Shown in pieces: positions 21,058 to 31,548 of a DNA stretch of 64,000 nucleotides (positions are counted from its first letter, which is position 1; each line of letters starts with the position of its first letter). The notes beneath the pieces were generated by a model that saw nothing but the letters and a program-made list of their open reading frames with translations, searched no databases and was not told the origin of the DNA. The translations under genes and the position numbers were made by a program. This stretch comes from an uncultured Acidobacteriota bacterium (lineage in GTDB: Bacteria > Acidobacteriota > UBA6911 > RPQK01 > JAPXNP01): contig CAVZRV010000007.1 of assembly GCA_963777605.1 (NCBI GenBank), positions 608,001 through 672,000 on the forward strand, written 5' to 3'.

Positions 21058-22038
21058 CTAGGCCTCTTCCGACGACCGGTCGCGACGACGTTTGAAGATC
21101 CAGGAAACGCCGATGCTGATGGTGTAGAGGAACACCATCGGGCCGCTCCAGAGAAAGAGATTGAACGGGTCCGTGGTAGGTGAAACAACAGCGGCGATAA
21201 TAGTGATGATCAGGAATGCGTAGCGGAAGTTCTTCCAGAGGAACCCCGGAGTCACGAACCCGAACATCGACAGGAAGGCAACGAGGACCGGCAACTGAAA
21301 GATGACTCCCATCCCGATGATGATCAGCAGTGCGAAGTCGAAAAAGTCGATCGCTGAGATCATCGGTTGGAACTCCTTGCCGAACTCGACGAGCAGGAAG
21401 TTCAAAGCCGGCGGGAGGACGACGTAGTATGCAAAGCTTCCGCCAAGCAGAAACAAAACCGTCGTACTCATCAGAAAGGGGAGCGCAAAACGCTTTTCCT
21501 TTCGATACAAACCCGGTGCGATAAACATCCAGACTTGGGACAGGATGATCGGCGCAGCCAGGAATATAGCGGCGGTGAACGAGACCTTCAGGTAGATGGT
21601 GAAGGGCTCAGTCGGCTTGATGACGACCAACTTATCGACGACACCCTTGATGGGGGCTGACAGGAACGCGAAGATCTGTTCACGGAAAATCCAGCCCAAC
21701 ACGAAGGTCACCAGGATCGAGGCCACCGAGTAAAGAATGCGTCGCCTCAACTCGTCGAGGTGCTCGAGGAAGGTCATCCGGCCACCCAGGTCCCGGTCGC
21801 CCAAATCAGAGAACAAGCCGTCCTCGTCTTCGTCCTCATCCTGTTCCTTCTTTTTGGGCTTCGGAGAGTCCGGAGAAGGTTCTTCTGGAGACGACTGGGC
21901 TACCGTCTTCGGTTCGACGACGTCGGGTTGATCGGGTTCCTGCTCTTCAGCTTGCTGGGACTCCGGAGAGTTCTCCTCCGGGGTGTCCGGTGCATCACCG
22001 TCTGCAGAATGATTCTGGGGCTTATCGGAGTCCGTCAT
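21058..22038 (-). CDS. tatC: Twin-arginine translocase subunit TatC
   Basis: MTFLEHLDELRRR, FIAPGLYRKEKR, FQLP and SPTTDP. Confidence 0.97.
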   Translation of the reverse strand: MTDSDKPQNHSADGDAPDTPEENSPESQQAEEQEPDQPDVVEPKTVAQSSPEEPSPDSPKPKKKEQDEDEDEDGLFSDLGDRDLGGRMTFLEHLDELRRRILYSVASILVTFVLGWIFREQIFAFLSAPIKGVVDKLVVIKPTEPFTIYLKVSFTAAIFLAAPIILSQVWMFIAPGLYRKEKRFALPFLMSTTVLFLLGGSFAYYVVLPPALNFLLVEFGKEFQPMISAIDFFDFALLIIIGMGVIFQLPVLVAFLSMFGFVTPGFLWKNFRYAFLIITIIAAVVSPTTDPFNLFLWSGPMVFLYTISIGVSWIFKRRRDRSSEEA

Positions 22039-22062
22039 TGAGCAAAGGCGGCCGAGGCGGGG

Positions 22063-22278
22063 TCAGGGCTTCATATCTTCCTGAATCTTACGGAGTTCGT
22101 CCTCTTCAGTCCGAACTTCCTCTTCCCATGTCTTCTTCAGTTCGTTCGTGGCCCGCTTGAATTCGGCCAGGCTCTTACCGAGAGACTTGCCCAACTCGGG
22201 GAGCTTTCTCGGACCGAACACGAGAAGAGCGATCACAAAAATGACAACAAGCTCGGGGAAACCAAGATTCCATCCCAT
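22063..22278 (-). CDS. tatA: Twin-arginine translocase subunit TatA/E
   Basis: [33 protein letters not shown]. Confidence 0.95.
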   Translation of the reverse strand: MGWNLGFPELVVIFVIALLVFGPRKLPELGKSLGKSLAEFKRATNELKKTWEEEVRTEEDELRKIQEDMKP

Positions 22279-22421
22279 AGCGATTCCGTGCAAAGCCAGT
22301 GTAAGTTACGCTCATTGCCCAAGTCAACCAAGGCGGCCCAACGAGCAACTGCCGCCCCGGATTCCATCAAGTCAAATGCTATACTAACAGGAGTCGTCAG
22401 GCTTCAGAGGAATTGGTATCA

Positions 22422-24089
22422 ATGAAAATTAGACTTGGAACCGTGTTGGTGTTCACAATCGCCGCTGCCGCACTTCTCGGCGGGTTTCTGGGACAGCGCG
22501 TCAATGCTGAGCCTCCGCTCGAGGACGGCACCGAACAGATTCTCCAGAATTTCACCTCGGTGTTCGCATCTATCGAGCAGAATTACGCGGGCAATGTGAA
22601 ACCGGACGACTTGGTCCAGAACGCGGTTCAGGGCATGTTGAGGACGCTTGATCCACACAGCTCGTTCTTTTCGACCGCCGACTTCGACCGGCTCCAGGAG
22701 GAGCAGAAAGGCAAGTACTACGGTCTCGGAATCACCATCCGTCCCGAGTCTCCGGGAAGCGGCCGCGTTGTTGTGGTTGAACCACCCGCACCGGGTTCAC
22801 CTGCTTACCGGGCCGGTCTTCGGGCCGGCGACGTGATTGCAGAAATCGAAGGAAAGCCGATCGACGATTGGGATCTCAACACCGAAGTAATCCCCAACCT
22901 GAAGGGCCCCCAGGGCACCACCGTAAACATCACGGTGGAACGCCCGGGCGAGGACGAGGCGCTCCAGTTCACGGTCGAGCGGGACGAAATTCCGATGTAC
23001 ACGATCAAGTACGCGTTCCGGATTCGGCCCCAGGTTGGGTATATCCGGATTGCCCGCTTCGCGGAAACCACCGGCCGGGAGCTCGACAACGCTCTGGATG
23101 CCCTTGATGAATCGACCCTTTCGGGCCTGATCCTCGATCTGCGTGACGATCCGGGAGGGGCTCTGAGCCAGGCACTGGCAGTGTCGGATCGTTTCCTGGA
23201 CGCAGGACAACTGATCGTCTCGACCCGGTCCCGAAACGGGAAAGAAAGCCGGGATTACAAGGCCAAACGCAATCAGCGCTACCACTATCCGATGGTAGTG
23301 CTGATCAACCAGAACAGCGCCAGCGCCAGTGAAATCGTTTCCGGTGCCTTGCAGGACCACGACCGGGCCCTCATTCTCGGCGAAACGAGTTTCGGGAAAG
23401 CCCTCGTGCAGACCATTTTCCCGCTGCAGGGGAACCGGGCCCTGGCGTTGACTACCGGGCGCTACTACACGCCGAGCGACCGCTTGATCCAGCGGGACTA
23501 TTCGGTCGGATTCTGGGAGTACTACAACCATCGCCAGTCGGATCAGGACGTCAAGCACTCCTCCGACGAGAAGGCCTATTTCACGGATGGTGGTCGAATC
23601 GTCTACGGTGGTGGCGGCATCTCACCGGACGAGAAAGTTGATCTCGACCGCATTCCCCTGACAACCCGGAAGATTCAGCGCAAGAACCTGTTCCGGAAGT
23701 ACGCCTCCAAGGTCTACTCGGGTGAGATAAAGAGCGATCTCCTGGAAGGAATGCCGTCGGATATCGACAGCCAGGATGACGAAGATGTCGTCAACGCAAT
23801 CGCCGCTCTTCAGATCGGCGAAAGGGCGCTTGCAGATTTTCGAAACTACGCCAAGAAAGCGGAACTGGACTTCACCGACGACGAGTGGAGCGAGGCCCAA
23901 CGGGTTACCGCCAACTTCCTGAAACAGGAACTACTCCTCCTGGTTGTAGGGGATGAAGCCAGCTACCGGGTTGCACTCGAACTGGACAATCAGGTGCAGA
24001 CCGGAATCGAACGACTGCCGCAGGTGACGTCACTTCTTCAGAAATCGATTGCCGAAGCCCGCTCCAACAGCAGCAGTCAGAGGGATTAG
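22422..24089 (+). CDS. S41 carboxy-terminal processing protease (CtpA/Prc-like)
   Basis: LDPHS, PDZ domain, LDLRDDPGG, SASASEI, SFGKALVQ and YYTPS. Confidence 0.95.
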   Translation: MKIRLGTVLVFTIAAAALLGGFLGQRVNAEPPLEDGTEQILQNFTSVFASIEQNYAGNVKPDDLVQNAVQGMLRTLDPHSSFFSTADFDRLQEEQKGKYYGLGITIRPESPGSGRVVVVEPPAPGSPAYRAGLRAGDVIAEIEGKPIDDWDLNTEVIPNLKGPQGTTVNITVERPGEDEALQFTVERDEIPMYTIKYAFRIRPQVGYIRIARFAETTGRELDNALDALDESTLSGLILDLRDDPGGALSQALAVSDRFLDAGQLIVSTRSRNGKESRDYKAKRNQRYHYPMVVLINQNSASASEIVSGALQDHDRALILGETSFGKALVQTIFPLQGNRALALTTGRYYTPSDRLIQRDYSVGFWEYYNHRQSDQDVKHSSDEKAYFTDGGRIVYGGGGISPDEKVDLDRIPLTTRKIQRKNLFRKYASKVYSGEIKSDLLEGMPSDIDSQDDEDVVNAIAALQIGERALADFRNYAKKAELDFTDDEWSEAQRVTANFLKQELLLLVVGDEASYRVALELDNQVQTGIERLPQVTSLLQKSIAEARSNSSSQRD

Positions 24090-24113
24090 GGCAACTCACT
24101 CCACCGGGACACT

Positions 24114-25043
24114 ATGAAATTCTGCACGTTTATTCGGGAGGGGCAGACGTGCCCCGGCTTTGAGTTGCAGGGACGATGGATCGTCGGACTCAGGGAAGCC
24201 GGCCTGGCGTTGGTGGAGTCGGGGAGGGTCCCCAAAGATGCGCGTTCCATCATCGAATTGCCCGACCTGAAGAGCTGGCTTTCGCAGGGAACCGAAGCAT
24301 TCGAGATCGCGAGCCTGATTCACGACCTGGTCTCCGAGAAGTTTCCCGGCGTCTACCCCCGAAACCGGACTCGCCTGATCGCTCCACTTCCCGACCCGGG
24401 CAAGATCATTGCCGTCGGCCTTAACTACCGGAAGCATGCGGAAGAGCAGAATACTCCGCTCCCTACGTCACCCCTGATTTTTGCGAAGTTCCCGAGTGCC
24501 GTCATCGGACCGGACGAACCGATCAAGCTTCCGGCCATCAGCCGGCAGGTGGACGTGGAGGCCGAGTTGTGTGCAGTCGTGACCCGACGTTCCAGGAACG
24601 TCACCGCACAAACGGCCGCCTCTTCACTGGCCTATTGTGTCGGCAACGATGTCAGCGCCCGGGACCTCCAGTATTCCGACCGTCAATGGGTCCGAGGCAA
24701 ATCCTGTGACACATTCGCCCCCCTGGGTCCGTGGATCGTCACTGCGGATGAAGTCGGTGATCCCCACTCGCTCGCGATTGAGCTGAAGGTGGACGACGAA
24801 ATCCGGCAGAGCGCGAATACCTCGGACATGATTTTCACCTGTTTCGACCTGGTGGAGTATCTGTCCCGTTGCATCACGCTCGAACCTGGTGATGTGATCT
24901 TCACCGGGACACCTTCCGGGGTTGGAGTCTTCCGGGAACCGCCCCTGTTCCTGGAACCCGGGCAACTGGTTACGGTCACCATCGAAAAGCTGGGGACCCT
25001 GACCAACCCGGTCGTGACCGATACTATTTCCGTTCCCAGATGA
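24114..25043 (+). CDS. Fumarylacetoacetate hydrolase family protein
   Basis: VGLNYRKH, DVEAEL, NDVSARD, GKSCDTF and GTPSGVG. Confidence 0.95.
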   Translation: MKFCTFIREGQTCPGFELQGRWIVGLREAGLALVESGRVPKDARSIIELPDLKSWLSQGTEAFEIASLIHDLVSEKFPGVYPRNRTRLIAPLPDPGKIIAVGLNYRKHAEEQNTPLPTSPLIFAKFPSAVIGPDEPIKLPAISRQVDVEAELCAVVTRRSRNVTAQTAASSLAYCVGNDVSARDLQYSDRQWVRGKSCDTFAPLGPWIVTADEVGDPHSLAIELKVDDEIRQSANTSDMIFTCFDLVEYLSRCITLEPGDVIFTGTPSGVGVFREPPLFLEPGQLVTVTIEKLGTLTNPVVTDTISVPR

Positions 25044-25968
25044 AGGCGTGAAAGGTCTTGAGGATCTCGAAGCCTTTTCGCAGGTAGAGGCGAAACGCCC
25101 GGTCGTTCCCTTCCGAGACAGAAAGGGTAACCCGCGCCAGCCCCTTTTCCCGGCATTGCGCCAGATAGGTGTCGATCAAGGCCGAGCCAAGGCCCCGTCC
25201 CTGACAGTCTCTCCGGATAGAAATCTGGGGGATCATCGCGGTCTCCGGTGCGATTCGGGTTCCCAGGAGAACCCCGCAAACCTTGCCCTTTGCATCAACC
25301 GCAACCAGCGTGTCCTCGCCGAAGAACCGTCCACAGGCCGGGTTTTCGATCAGGTTTCGAACGAATCTCAGGCAGCCCTGGCGGGTCTGGTAGTCCCAGC
25401 AAATCGTTGAATCGAAAGACCCCCGGTAACTGTCGTAGATCACTTCGGATGCCGGCCCGATGAACTTGTCCTGCCAGTGCGTGAGCTGCCACGCCGGCTT
25501 TCCCATCCCCAAATTCCCGACAGCGGGAACCAGGGCACTGCCCAAATCGCAAACCAGGAAGTGACGGCGAAGAGCGCCGAAACTACAGGCCGCAAACAAG
25601 GATCGAAACTGGTAGTTGAACTCGAACAACTGCGTCTCCACCCGTTCAACACCGGGAACTCCGATGATCGTCTCCGCTGCGCGCTGAAGAAGAATCCCGT
25701 ACGGGTCCGGTCCCGCTTTCCGGTCGAGAACGTACAGGCCTCCGATGAATGAGACAGGGCGGTCCACGACGTAATAGGAATACCCAATCACTTCGTCTCC
25801 CGACTGCAGGACGTATCCCGGCAACGCCTTGGCCAGGATAAAGCCCTTGATCACGTTCAGCGTGGACCGGTAGTCCCAGAAAACCGAGTCTGTCCAGTGG
25901 CGGACCTCCTCTTCGAAGAGAGGGTTGAGCTTCTCAAGTGGACAGTCACGGAGAGGGATGATCTGCAT
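25024..25968 (-). CDS. Tandem GNAT acetyltransferase
   Basis: C-terminal QGRGLGSALI and N..A..LY..GF motifs; a second degenerate GNAT N-terminally. Confidence 0.88.
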   Translation of the reverse strand: MQIIPLRDCPLEKLNPLFEEEVRHWTDSVFWDYRSTLNVIKGFILAKALPGYVLQSGDEVIGYSYYVVDRPVSFIGGLYVLDRKAGPDPYGILLQRAAETIIGVPGVERVETQLFEFNYQFRSLFAACSFGALRRHFLVCDLGSALVPAVGNLGMGKPAWQLTHWQDKFIGPASEVIYDSYRGSFDSTICWDYQTRQGCLRFVRNLIENPACGRFFGEDTLVAVDAKGKVCGVLLGTRIAPETAMIPQISIRRDCQGRGLGSALIDTYLAQCREKGLARVTLSVSEGNDRAFRLYLRKGFEILKTFHAFIWERK

Positions 25969-26106
25969 TTCCGGCCATTATTGCACTCCGAATCAGAGCC
26001 GTCACCCGGAAGCTTATCTCCGACCGCACGGAAGCCAGAAACTCCCCAATTGCAAATGCCTGCAAGTTTGCCAGGTCAGAAGGCGGAGATCTATAATCTA
26101 AAAGTA

Positions 26107-27054
26107 ATGAACATAAGGATTCATCCCCGCAACCTGGATCTTCTCAAGACGCAAGAAAACCTGATCGATCGCCATTGCGCGAAAATACGCAAGATGCTGA
26201 CGAGCTTTTCACCCGACACCATGGATTTGGACATCAGCCTGGAGAAGCTTCCGCGTGGAAGCCAGTACCAGACTGCCCTGGTGTTGGCTCTCCCTCAACG
26301 CACGATCAAGGTCGAGGAACTCGAGCATAACCCAACAACCAGCCTGGTCCGCGCCTTTGCCGAATTGCGTCGCCGGGTCAAGAGGTTCAAGAGCCAACTG
26401 AACCGGGAACGGCTCTGGCACAAGCAACCTCCGACGACCGAATCGGTTCCGCTAACCCGATGGGAAATCGAGGCGGAGGCCAATGAACACCTGGAAAAAC
26501 TCGAGAACTACGTGCGACGCGAAATTTACTACCAGGTGATTCAGGGCCAGCTTCCTCCCGGGATGATCGAACCTCAGGCCATCGTCGATGACGTCTTCCT
26601 TTTCATCACAAGCCGGCCCGAAGCCAAGCCTACCAGCCTCACCGTCGAACAGTGGATGATTCAGACTGCTCGCGCAATCCTGGGCCAGCGGATGGAAGAG
26701 ATCGAAGACCACCGGGACGAACTCCACGTGGAGGAGAGCGCATCCGAAAAGAGCGACTGGGAAGACGAGGATCTGAATTTCTACCAGCCCGATGAATCGC
26801 TGTCGATGGGGGACCTTTTCGAAAACGACAACGTCTCCAACCCGGAAGAGATTCTCGAGCGCGAAGAGGCGGAAGAGGAACTTCACCGATCGGTCGCAGC
26901 CCTTCCCCTGAACGTTCGTGAATCGTTCATCCTTTTTGCATTGGAAGGATTCACTTCTGACGAGGTCTCCATGATGACGGGCAGGAAGGCACAGGAGATT
27001 CTCGATGAAGTCGAGCAGGCACGGGAAATCCTCAAGAAAAACTTCACTTCATGA
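26107..27054 (+). CDS. HPF/RaiA-like domain fused to a degenerate ECF sigma70 region 2/4
   Basis: N-terminus MNIRIHPRNLDL...SLVRAFAELRRRVKRFK fits the HPF pattern; C-terminus LPLNVRESFILFALEGFTSDEVS fits sigma region 4. Confidence 0.72.
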   Translation: MNIRIHPRNLDLLKTQENLIDRHCAKIRKMLTSFSPDTMDLDISLEKLPRGSQYQTALVLALPQRTIKVEELEHNPTTSLVRAFAELRRRVKRFKSQLNRERLWHKQPPTTESVPLTRWEIEAEANEHLEKLENYVRREIYYQVIQGQLPPGMIEPQAIVDDVFLFITSRPEAKPTSLTVEQWMIQTARAILGQRMEEIEDHRDELHVEESASEKSDWEDEDLNFYQPDESLSMGDLFENDNVSNPEEILEREEAEEELHRSVAALPLNVRESFILFALEGFTSDEVSMMTGRKAQEILDEVEQAREILKKNFTS

Positions 27055-28238
27055 GATTTGCAGACCGACTTCAGGGAATCCAGGCATCCCTCACCATGAA
27101 GGTTATGCTGGAGGCCCAGGCGCTGCGGGCACAGGGGATCGATGTCATTGACCTCGGGCCCGGACAGCCGGACTTTCCAAGCCCGGCGGCGGCGAAAGAG
27201 GCGGGCAAGGGCGCCATCGATTCCAACTTCACCCGTTACACGCCGAGCGCCGGAATTGACGAATTGAGAGAGGCGATTGCCTTGAGGTTCAACCGGCGTT
27301 GGGGGACTTCCTACTCGATCGAAAACGTGCTCGTGTCGTCGGGAGCGAAACACTCGATTTTCAACGTCTGCATGGCCATTGTCGATGCGGGTTGCGAGGT
27401 CCTGATTCCCTCACCCTATTGGGTCACCTTCCCCGAAGTCGTCCGTATCTGCGGGGGAAACCCGGTCGAGGTCAGGACGGACGAAAAGGATCATTTCGTC
27501 CTCAACCCTCGGTCTCTCGAATCCGCCACTACCAGTAAGACCAGCAGCCTGATCATCAACTCCCCCAACAACCCGACCGGCGCGGTAATTCCGGGTAACC
27601 GGCTGGGAGAAATCGCTGAGTGGGCCCGCAAAAGAAATGTCTTCGTACTCTCTGACGAGACCTACGAGCAGTTTGTCTATGACGGTGCCAACCACGTCTC
27701 CGTTGCCTCGATGTTTGGCCCGGAGGAGGACAACTACGCTGTCGTCGGGTCGTTTTCCAAGTCCTACTCCATGACCGGCTGGCGCATCGGGTACTGCGTG
27801 GGGCCCTCGAACCTCATCGAAAAGATGAATGAACTGCAAAGCCATCAGACTGGCAACCCGGTCTCCATCTCGCAAAAAGCCGCTCTTGCCGCACTGAATG
27901 ACGACCCTTCAGGCCTTGACGCGGTGCGCCGCGAATATGGCTGGAGGCGAAAGTACGTACTCGATCGGTTGGCCGGAATCCCGGGTCTGGAATGTGCGCC
28001 ACCTGGAGGCGCATTCTATGTCTTCCCCCGGGTGAGGGATGCATTGGAGGCAGCCGGGTGTTCGAACTCGATCGAGTTTTCGCAATTCTTGCTTCGGGAT
28101 GCGCGGGTTGCTACGGTTCCCGGGTCGGCCTTCGGTTACGAGGGCCACGTTCGCATCTCCTATGCCGCTTCCCGTGCCCAACTCGCGGAGGGATTCGATC
28201 GGGTCGAGCGGTCGATTCGAAAGGCGTCCAGTCGTTAG
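27051..28238 (+). CDS. aspC: PLP-dependent class I aminotransferase (aspartate aminotransferase-like)
   Basis: GQPDF, NSPNNPTG, SDETY, SFSKSYSMTGWRIG and PGSAFG. Confidence 0.93.
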   Translation: MRFADRLQGIQASLTMKVMLEAQALRAQGIDVIDLGPGQPDFPSPAAAKEAGKGAIDSNFTRYTPSAGIDELREAIALRFNRRWGTSYSIENVLVSSGAKHSIFNVCMAIVDAGCEVLIPSPYWVTFPEVVRICGGNPVEVRTDEKDHFVLNPRSLESATTSKTSSLIINSPNNPTGAVIPGNRLGEIAEWARKRNVFVLSDETYEQFVYDGANHVSVASMFGPEEDNYAVVGSFSKSYSMTGWRIGYCVGPSNLIEKMNELQSHQTGNPVSISQKAALAALNDDPSGLDAVRREYGWRRKYVLDRLAGIPGLECAPPGGAFYVFPRVRDALEAAGCSNSIEFSQFLLRDARVATVPGSAFGYEGHVRISYAASRAQLAEGFDRVERSIRKASSR

Positions 28239-28245
28239 GTCGGCG

Positions 28246-29004
28246 ATGGGTTCTCTCTCCAACATCTCGATCGTGCTGGTTCGACCCTCCGTGCCCGGGA
28301 ATATCGGCTCGGTAGCGCGGGCGATGAAGAACATGGGCCTGTCCCGCCTGAAGCTGGTGTCACCCGCCGATCCTCTGGGTCCGGAATCCCGCATGATGGC
28401 CGTCAGCGCATTCGACGTCGTCGAGCGGTCAACGATCTACGATTCGGTTGAAGATGCGCTGGCCGAAGAGCAGGTTGTGGCGGGCACAACCTCGTTCCGC
28501 GGACGAAAGGAGCGCACGCGGATCGAGGCTCCGCGCGGTATCGCCGGCAGGCTCCTGGAAGCCGCCAAATCCCAACGGGTGGCGGTTCTGTTCGGCCCGG
28601 AACGGTCGGGTCTGAACGAGGCCGAACTGGCCCTCTGCCAGCATCTCCTGTCCATTCCCGCGGCTCCCGAGTTTCCTACCCTCAACCTCGCCCAGGCCGT
28701 TCTTATTGTTTGCTACGAGTTCTACACACGCGCGCAGGACGCCGCGTCCGAGGCCGGTATCCCCTCGCTGGCCGCCCAGGAAGAGTTGTCCGGCATGTAC
28801 GACCACCTGGAACGCACCCTGGTCAACATCGGGTTCCTGAGCACGAGCAACCCCGGCCACATTATGCGGTCGATCCGGCGAATTCTCTCCAAGTCCGAGA
28901 TGACCTCACGTGATGTGAGGATCCTCAGGGGCATCGCCAGGCAGATGGACTGGTATATCGAACAGGGCCGAAAGCTTGCCCCGGAACGAGTGCGCAAGCC
29001 TTGA
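28246..29004 (+). CDS. trmJ: TrmJ/LasT SPOUT RNA methyltransferase
   Basis: PGNIGSVARAMKNMG, FGPERSGL and TLNLAQAV. Confidence 0.92.
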   Translation: MGSLSNISIVLVRPSVPGNIGSVARAMKNMGLSRLKLVSPADPLGPESRMMAVSAFDVVERSTIYDSVEDALAEEQVVAGTTSFRGRKERTRIEAPRGIAGRLLEAAKSQRVAVLFGPERSGLNEAELALCQHLLSIPAAPEFPTLNLAQAVLIVCYEFYTRAQDAASEAGIPSLAAQEELSGMYDHLERTLVNIGFLSTSNPGHIMRSIRRILSKSEMTSRDVRILRGIARQMDWYIEQGRKLAPERVRKP

Positions 29005-29061
29005 TGGCCTGTCCCACGTCGAAACCAGATACGGTGCGCGCCGCCCCGAAACCCAAAGCGC

Positions 29062-30270
29062 CTATTGCCTGAGAATGAGCGCTGCGTTGTTTCCATCGCA
29101 ACTGAAGCCGGTTACCAGAACGTAGTCACCTGCGAGCCGTTGTGACTCCGCCGACAACTTGAGGTCCTCCGGCACTTCTTCGACCCCGGCTGTCGGGGGA
29201 AGTTCTCCACTCTCCAGCGCGCAGACTGCAACCGTGGCTGCGATCGCCGAGGATACTCCCAGCGCTTCGCCGCCGACCGCCTTGGGACAGGCAACGGGGA
29301 TTCCGGCAAGTCCGGACCCAAAGACCGCACGCAGCGCTTTCAGCTCCATTTCGTCCCCGGCCCTGCTGCCGCTGGCCCCGGAGACAATACCACCGATCTC
29401 CTCAGGTCCAATCCCGGCATCAACCAGTGCGCCTTGCATTGCTCTTACTGCCCCATCGGGCCGGGACGAGAACCGGGAGACAGAATGAGCGTCCTGGGCA
29501 TTGCCAAATCCGACCAGTCTGGCCAGCACGGGGGCGCTGCGCTCGGCCGCGTCCTCGGCTCGCTCGAGAACCAGCAATGCCGAACCTTCGCCCAGCACAA
29601 CGCCATCCCGAGTTGCCGAGAATGGCTTCACCCGACCGGTCTCGCTGAGCCACCCGTTCTTCCGAAAGCCGAGATAGGACTCCTCGGCAATCTCCTCTAC
29701 TCCGCCGGCGAGAAGCATCGATGCCCGTCCGAATCGCAGAGCATCGGAAGCATACTGGAGGGCAAGCAGGCCCGAGGCCAGTCCCGCCGAAATGGTCGAG
29801 TTGATGCCTCGAAGCTTGTGCCGGATAGCCGCCTGACCGGCGGGGGAGTTGATTACAGTGTTGGTAAACGCCATCGGGTTGACATACTTGACGCCATCCT
29901 CGAGGCCGCTCCAGTCGAAGGAAGCGATGCTGTGGACGCTTCCAAAGATGGTCCCACAGACGAGCCCTTCCTCCGGCTTTCCTTCACCGTCGTCGCTCAC
30001 CTCGCGGCCTACCGAAGAAAGCGCCAGCTGGGCAGCCACCGCCAGGAGGCGGGCGCTGCGGTCCAGTACCCTGATCCCCTTGGGGCCAAGCCAGGTCTGA
30101 GGTTTGAAATCCTGCACCTCGAAAACGGCGGGGCCGGTTTCCCCAATTTCGATTACGGAACTCGGCTTCACCTCGGGAACGGCTCTAAAAAGGGTCTTCC
30201 TGAATTCCTCCAGACCGGCCCCAAGTGGAGTAATCAAACCTGCTCCGGTAACAACAATCTCACTCGTCAT
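29062..30270 (-). CDS. Catalytically inactive beta-ketoacyl synthase (chain-length-factor-like)
   Basis: KS fold, but the Cys position reads SAGLASG and the His motifs read SGASGS and GGEA. Confidence 0.85.
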   Translation of the reverse strand: MTSEIVVTGAGLITPLGAGLEEFRKTLFRAVPEVKPSSVIEIGETGPAVFEVQDFKPQTWLGPKGIRVLDRSARLLAVAAQLALSSVGREVSDDGEGKPEEGLVCGTIFGSVHSIASFDWSGLEDGVKYVNPMAFTNTVINSPAGQAAIRHKLRGINSTISAGLASGLLALQYASDALRFGRASMLLAGGVEEIAEESYLGFRKNGWLSETGRVKPFSATRDGVVLGEGSALLVLERAEDAAERSAPVLARLVGFGNAQDAHSVSRFSSRPDGAVRAMQGALVDAGIGPEEIGGIVSGASGSRAGDEMELKALRAVFGSGLAGIPVACPKAVGGEALGVSSAIAATVAVCALESGELPPTAGVEEVPEDLKLSAESQRLAGDYVLVTGFSCDGNNAALILRQ

Positions 30271-30272
30271 CG

Positions 30273-31490
30273 TCAACGATCCCATCTCGCCAGGCAAAGG
30301 CTCGCGTTGTTCCCACCAAAGGCGTAAGCGTTGTTCAACACGATTTGAGGGTTGGTCTCCCGAGCCGTGTTGGGGACACAGTCGAGGTCGCACTCCGGGT
30401 CGGGCTCTTCGAAATTGATGGTGGGTGGAATTACCCCGGCTTGGAGAGCCAGCGCGCAGCCTGCCGCCTCGATTGCGCTGGCGGCCCCCATCGTGTGGCC
30501 CGTCATCGACTTGATCGAGCTCATGGGAAGCCGATCAGCCAGCGATTCAAACAGTCGGCGAGCCGCAATTGATTCTATCCGGTCGTTCGTCGGAGTCCCG
30601 GTGCCGTGCGCGCAAATATAGTCCACCTGGTCAAGGTTGACCCCGCTTTCCCGGAGGGCTCCCGACATCGCCCGCATCGCCCCATCCCCTTCCGGATGGG
30701 CGGCAGTCATGTGGTGGGCATCGCAACTGAGTCCGTATCCGAGAATTTCAGCATAGACGGTTGCTCCCCGCTTCAGGGCAGCGTCAAGCGGTTCCAGGAC
30801 AAGGATTGCAGCACCTTCCCCGGGAACCATCCCCTTACGATTCCGATCGAAGGGCTGGCACCGCTCGGGAGCAATGGCACCAAGGCGGGAGAAGCCCATG
30901 TAGGTAATCCGCGAGAACGCGTCCGCTCCACCCGCCAGCATGAGGTCGGCTCGTCCCAGCCTGAGCAGGTCGGTGGCGTTGCCGATTGCATAGTTTCCGG
31001 CCGCACAGGCAGTTGGAATCATTACACAGGGCCCGCGGACGCCAAATTCAATGGCCAGGTTGTCCGGGATCACGTGACAAGGGTACTTGGGGAAGATGTC
31101 GGCCGGAATCGCGTCGAACCCACCCGCGTTCCGGGCATCGTTGTACTGCTCCACGAACAACGGTTCTCCGGAAGTGGTGCCCATCGAGACGCCCACCCGG
31201 TAAGGATCGAAGCGTTCCAGTTCGATGCCGGCATCGGCGACAGCCATGTAAGCAGCCGCTACGGCCATCTGGGATGCCCTCCCGAGTTTGGCCGGATCCT
31301 GCCTTCGGACGTGCGCTGCCGGATCGAAATCCTTCACCTCCGCTCCCAGGTTTCCCGGAAAATCGGACGTGTCAAAGGACTGTACCGGCGCGATTCCACT
31401 CTTTCCGGAAGTGACAGCCTCCCAGAATACCTTCCTGCCGGAACCAACCGGAGTCACCAGTCCGATCCCGGTAATCGCGATTCTCTTCAT
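30273..31490 (-). CDS. Beta-ketoacyl-ACP synthase (FabF-like / type II KS)
   Basis: Intact triad: PTACAAG, AHGTGT, KSMTGHT; C-terminal NAYAFGGNNA. Confidence 0.95.
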   Translation of the reverse strand: MKRIAITGIGLVTPVGSGRKVFWEAVTSGKSGIAPVQSFDTSDFPGNLGAEVKDFDPAAHVRRQDPAKLGRASQMAVAAAYMAVADAGIELERFDPYRVGVSMGTTSGEPLFVEQYNDARNAGGFDAIPADIFPKYPCHVIPDNLAIEFGVRGPCVMIPTACAAGNYAIGNATDLLRLGRADLMLAGGADAFSRITYMGFSRLGAIAPERCQPFDRNRKGMVPGEGAAILVLEPLDAALKRGATVYAEILGYGLSCDAHHMTAAHPEGDGAMRAMSGALRESGVNLDQVDYICAHGTGTPTNDRIESIAARRLFESLADRLPMSSIKSMTGHTMGAASAIEAAGCALALQAGVIPPTINFEEPDPECDLDCVPNTARETNPQIVLNNAYAFGGNNASLCLARWDR

Positions 31491-31548
31491 ATTGCTCCCG
31501 CCTTTCGTCGCGACACTGGAACTCTTGGCCAACCACTCTCCGTCGGCC

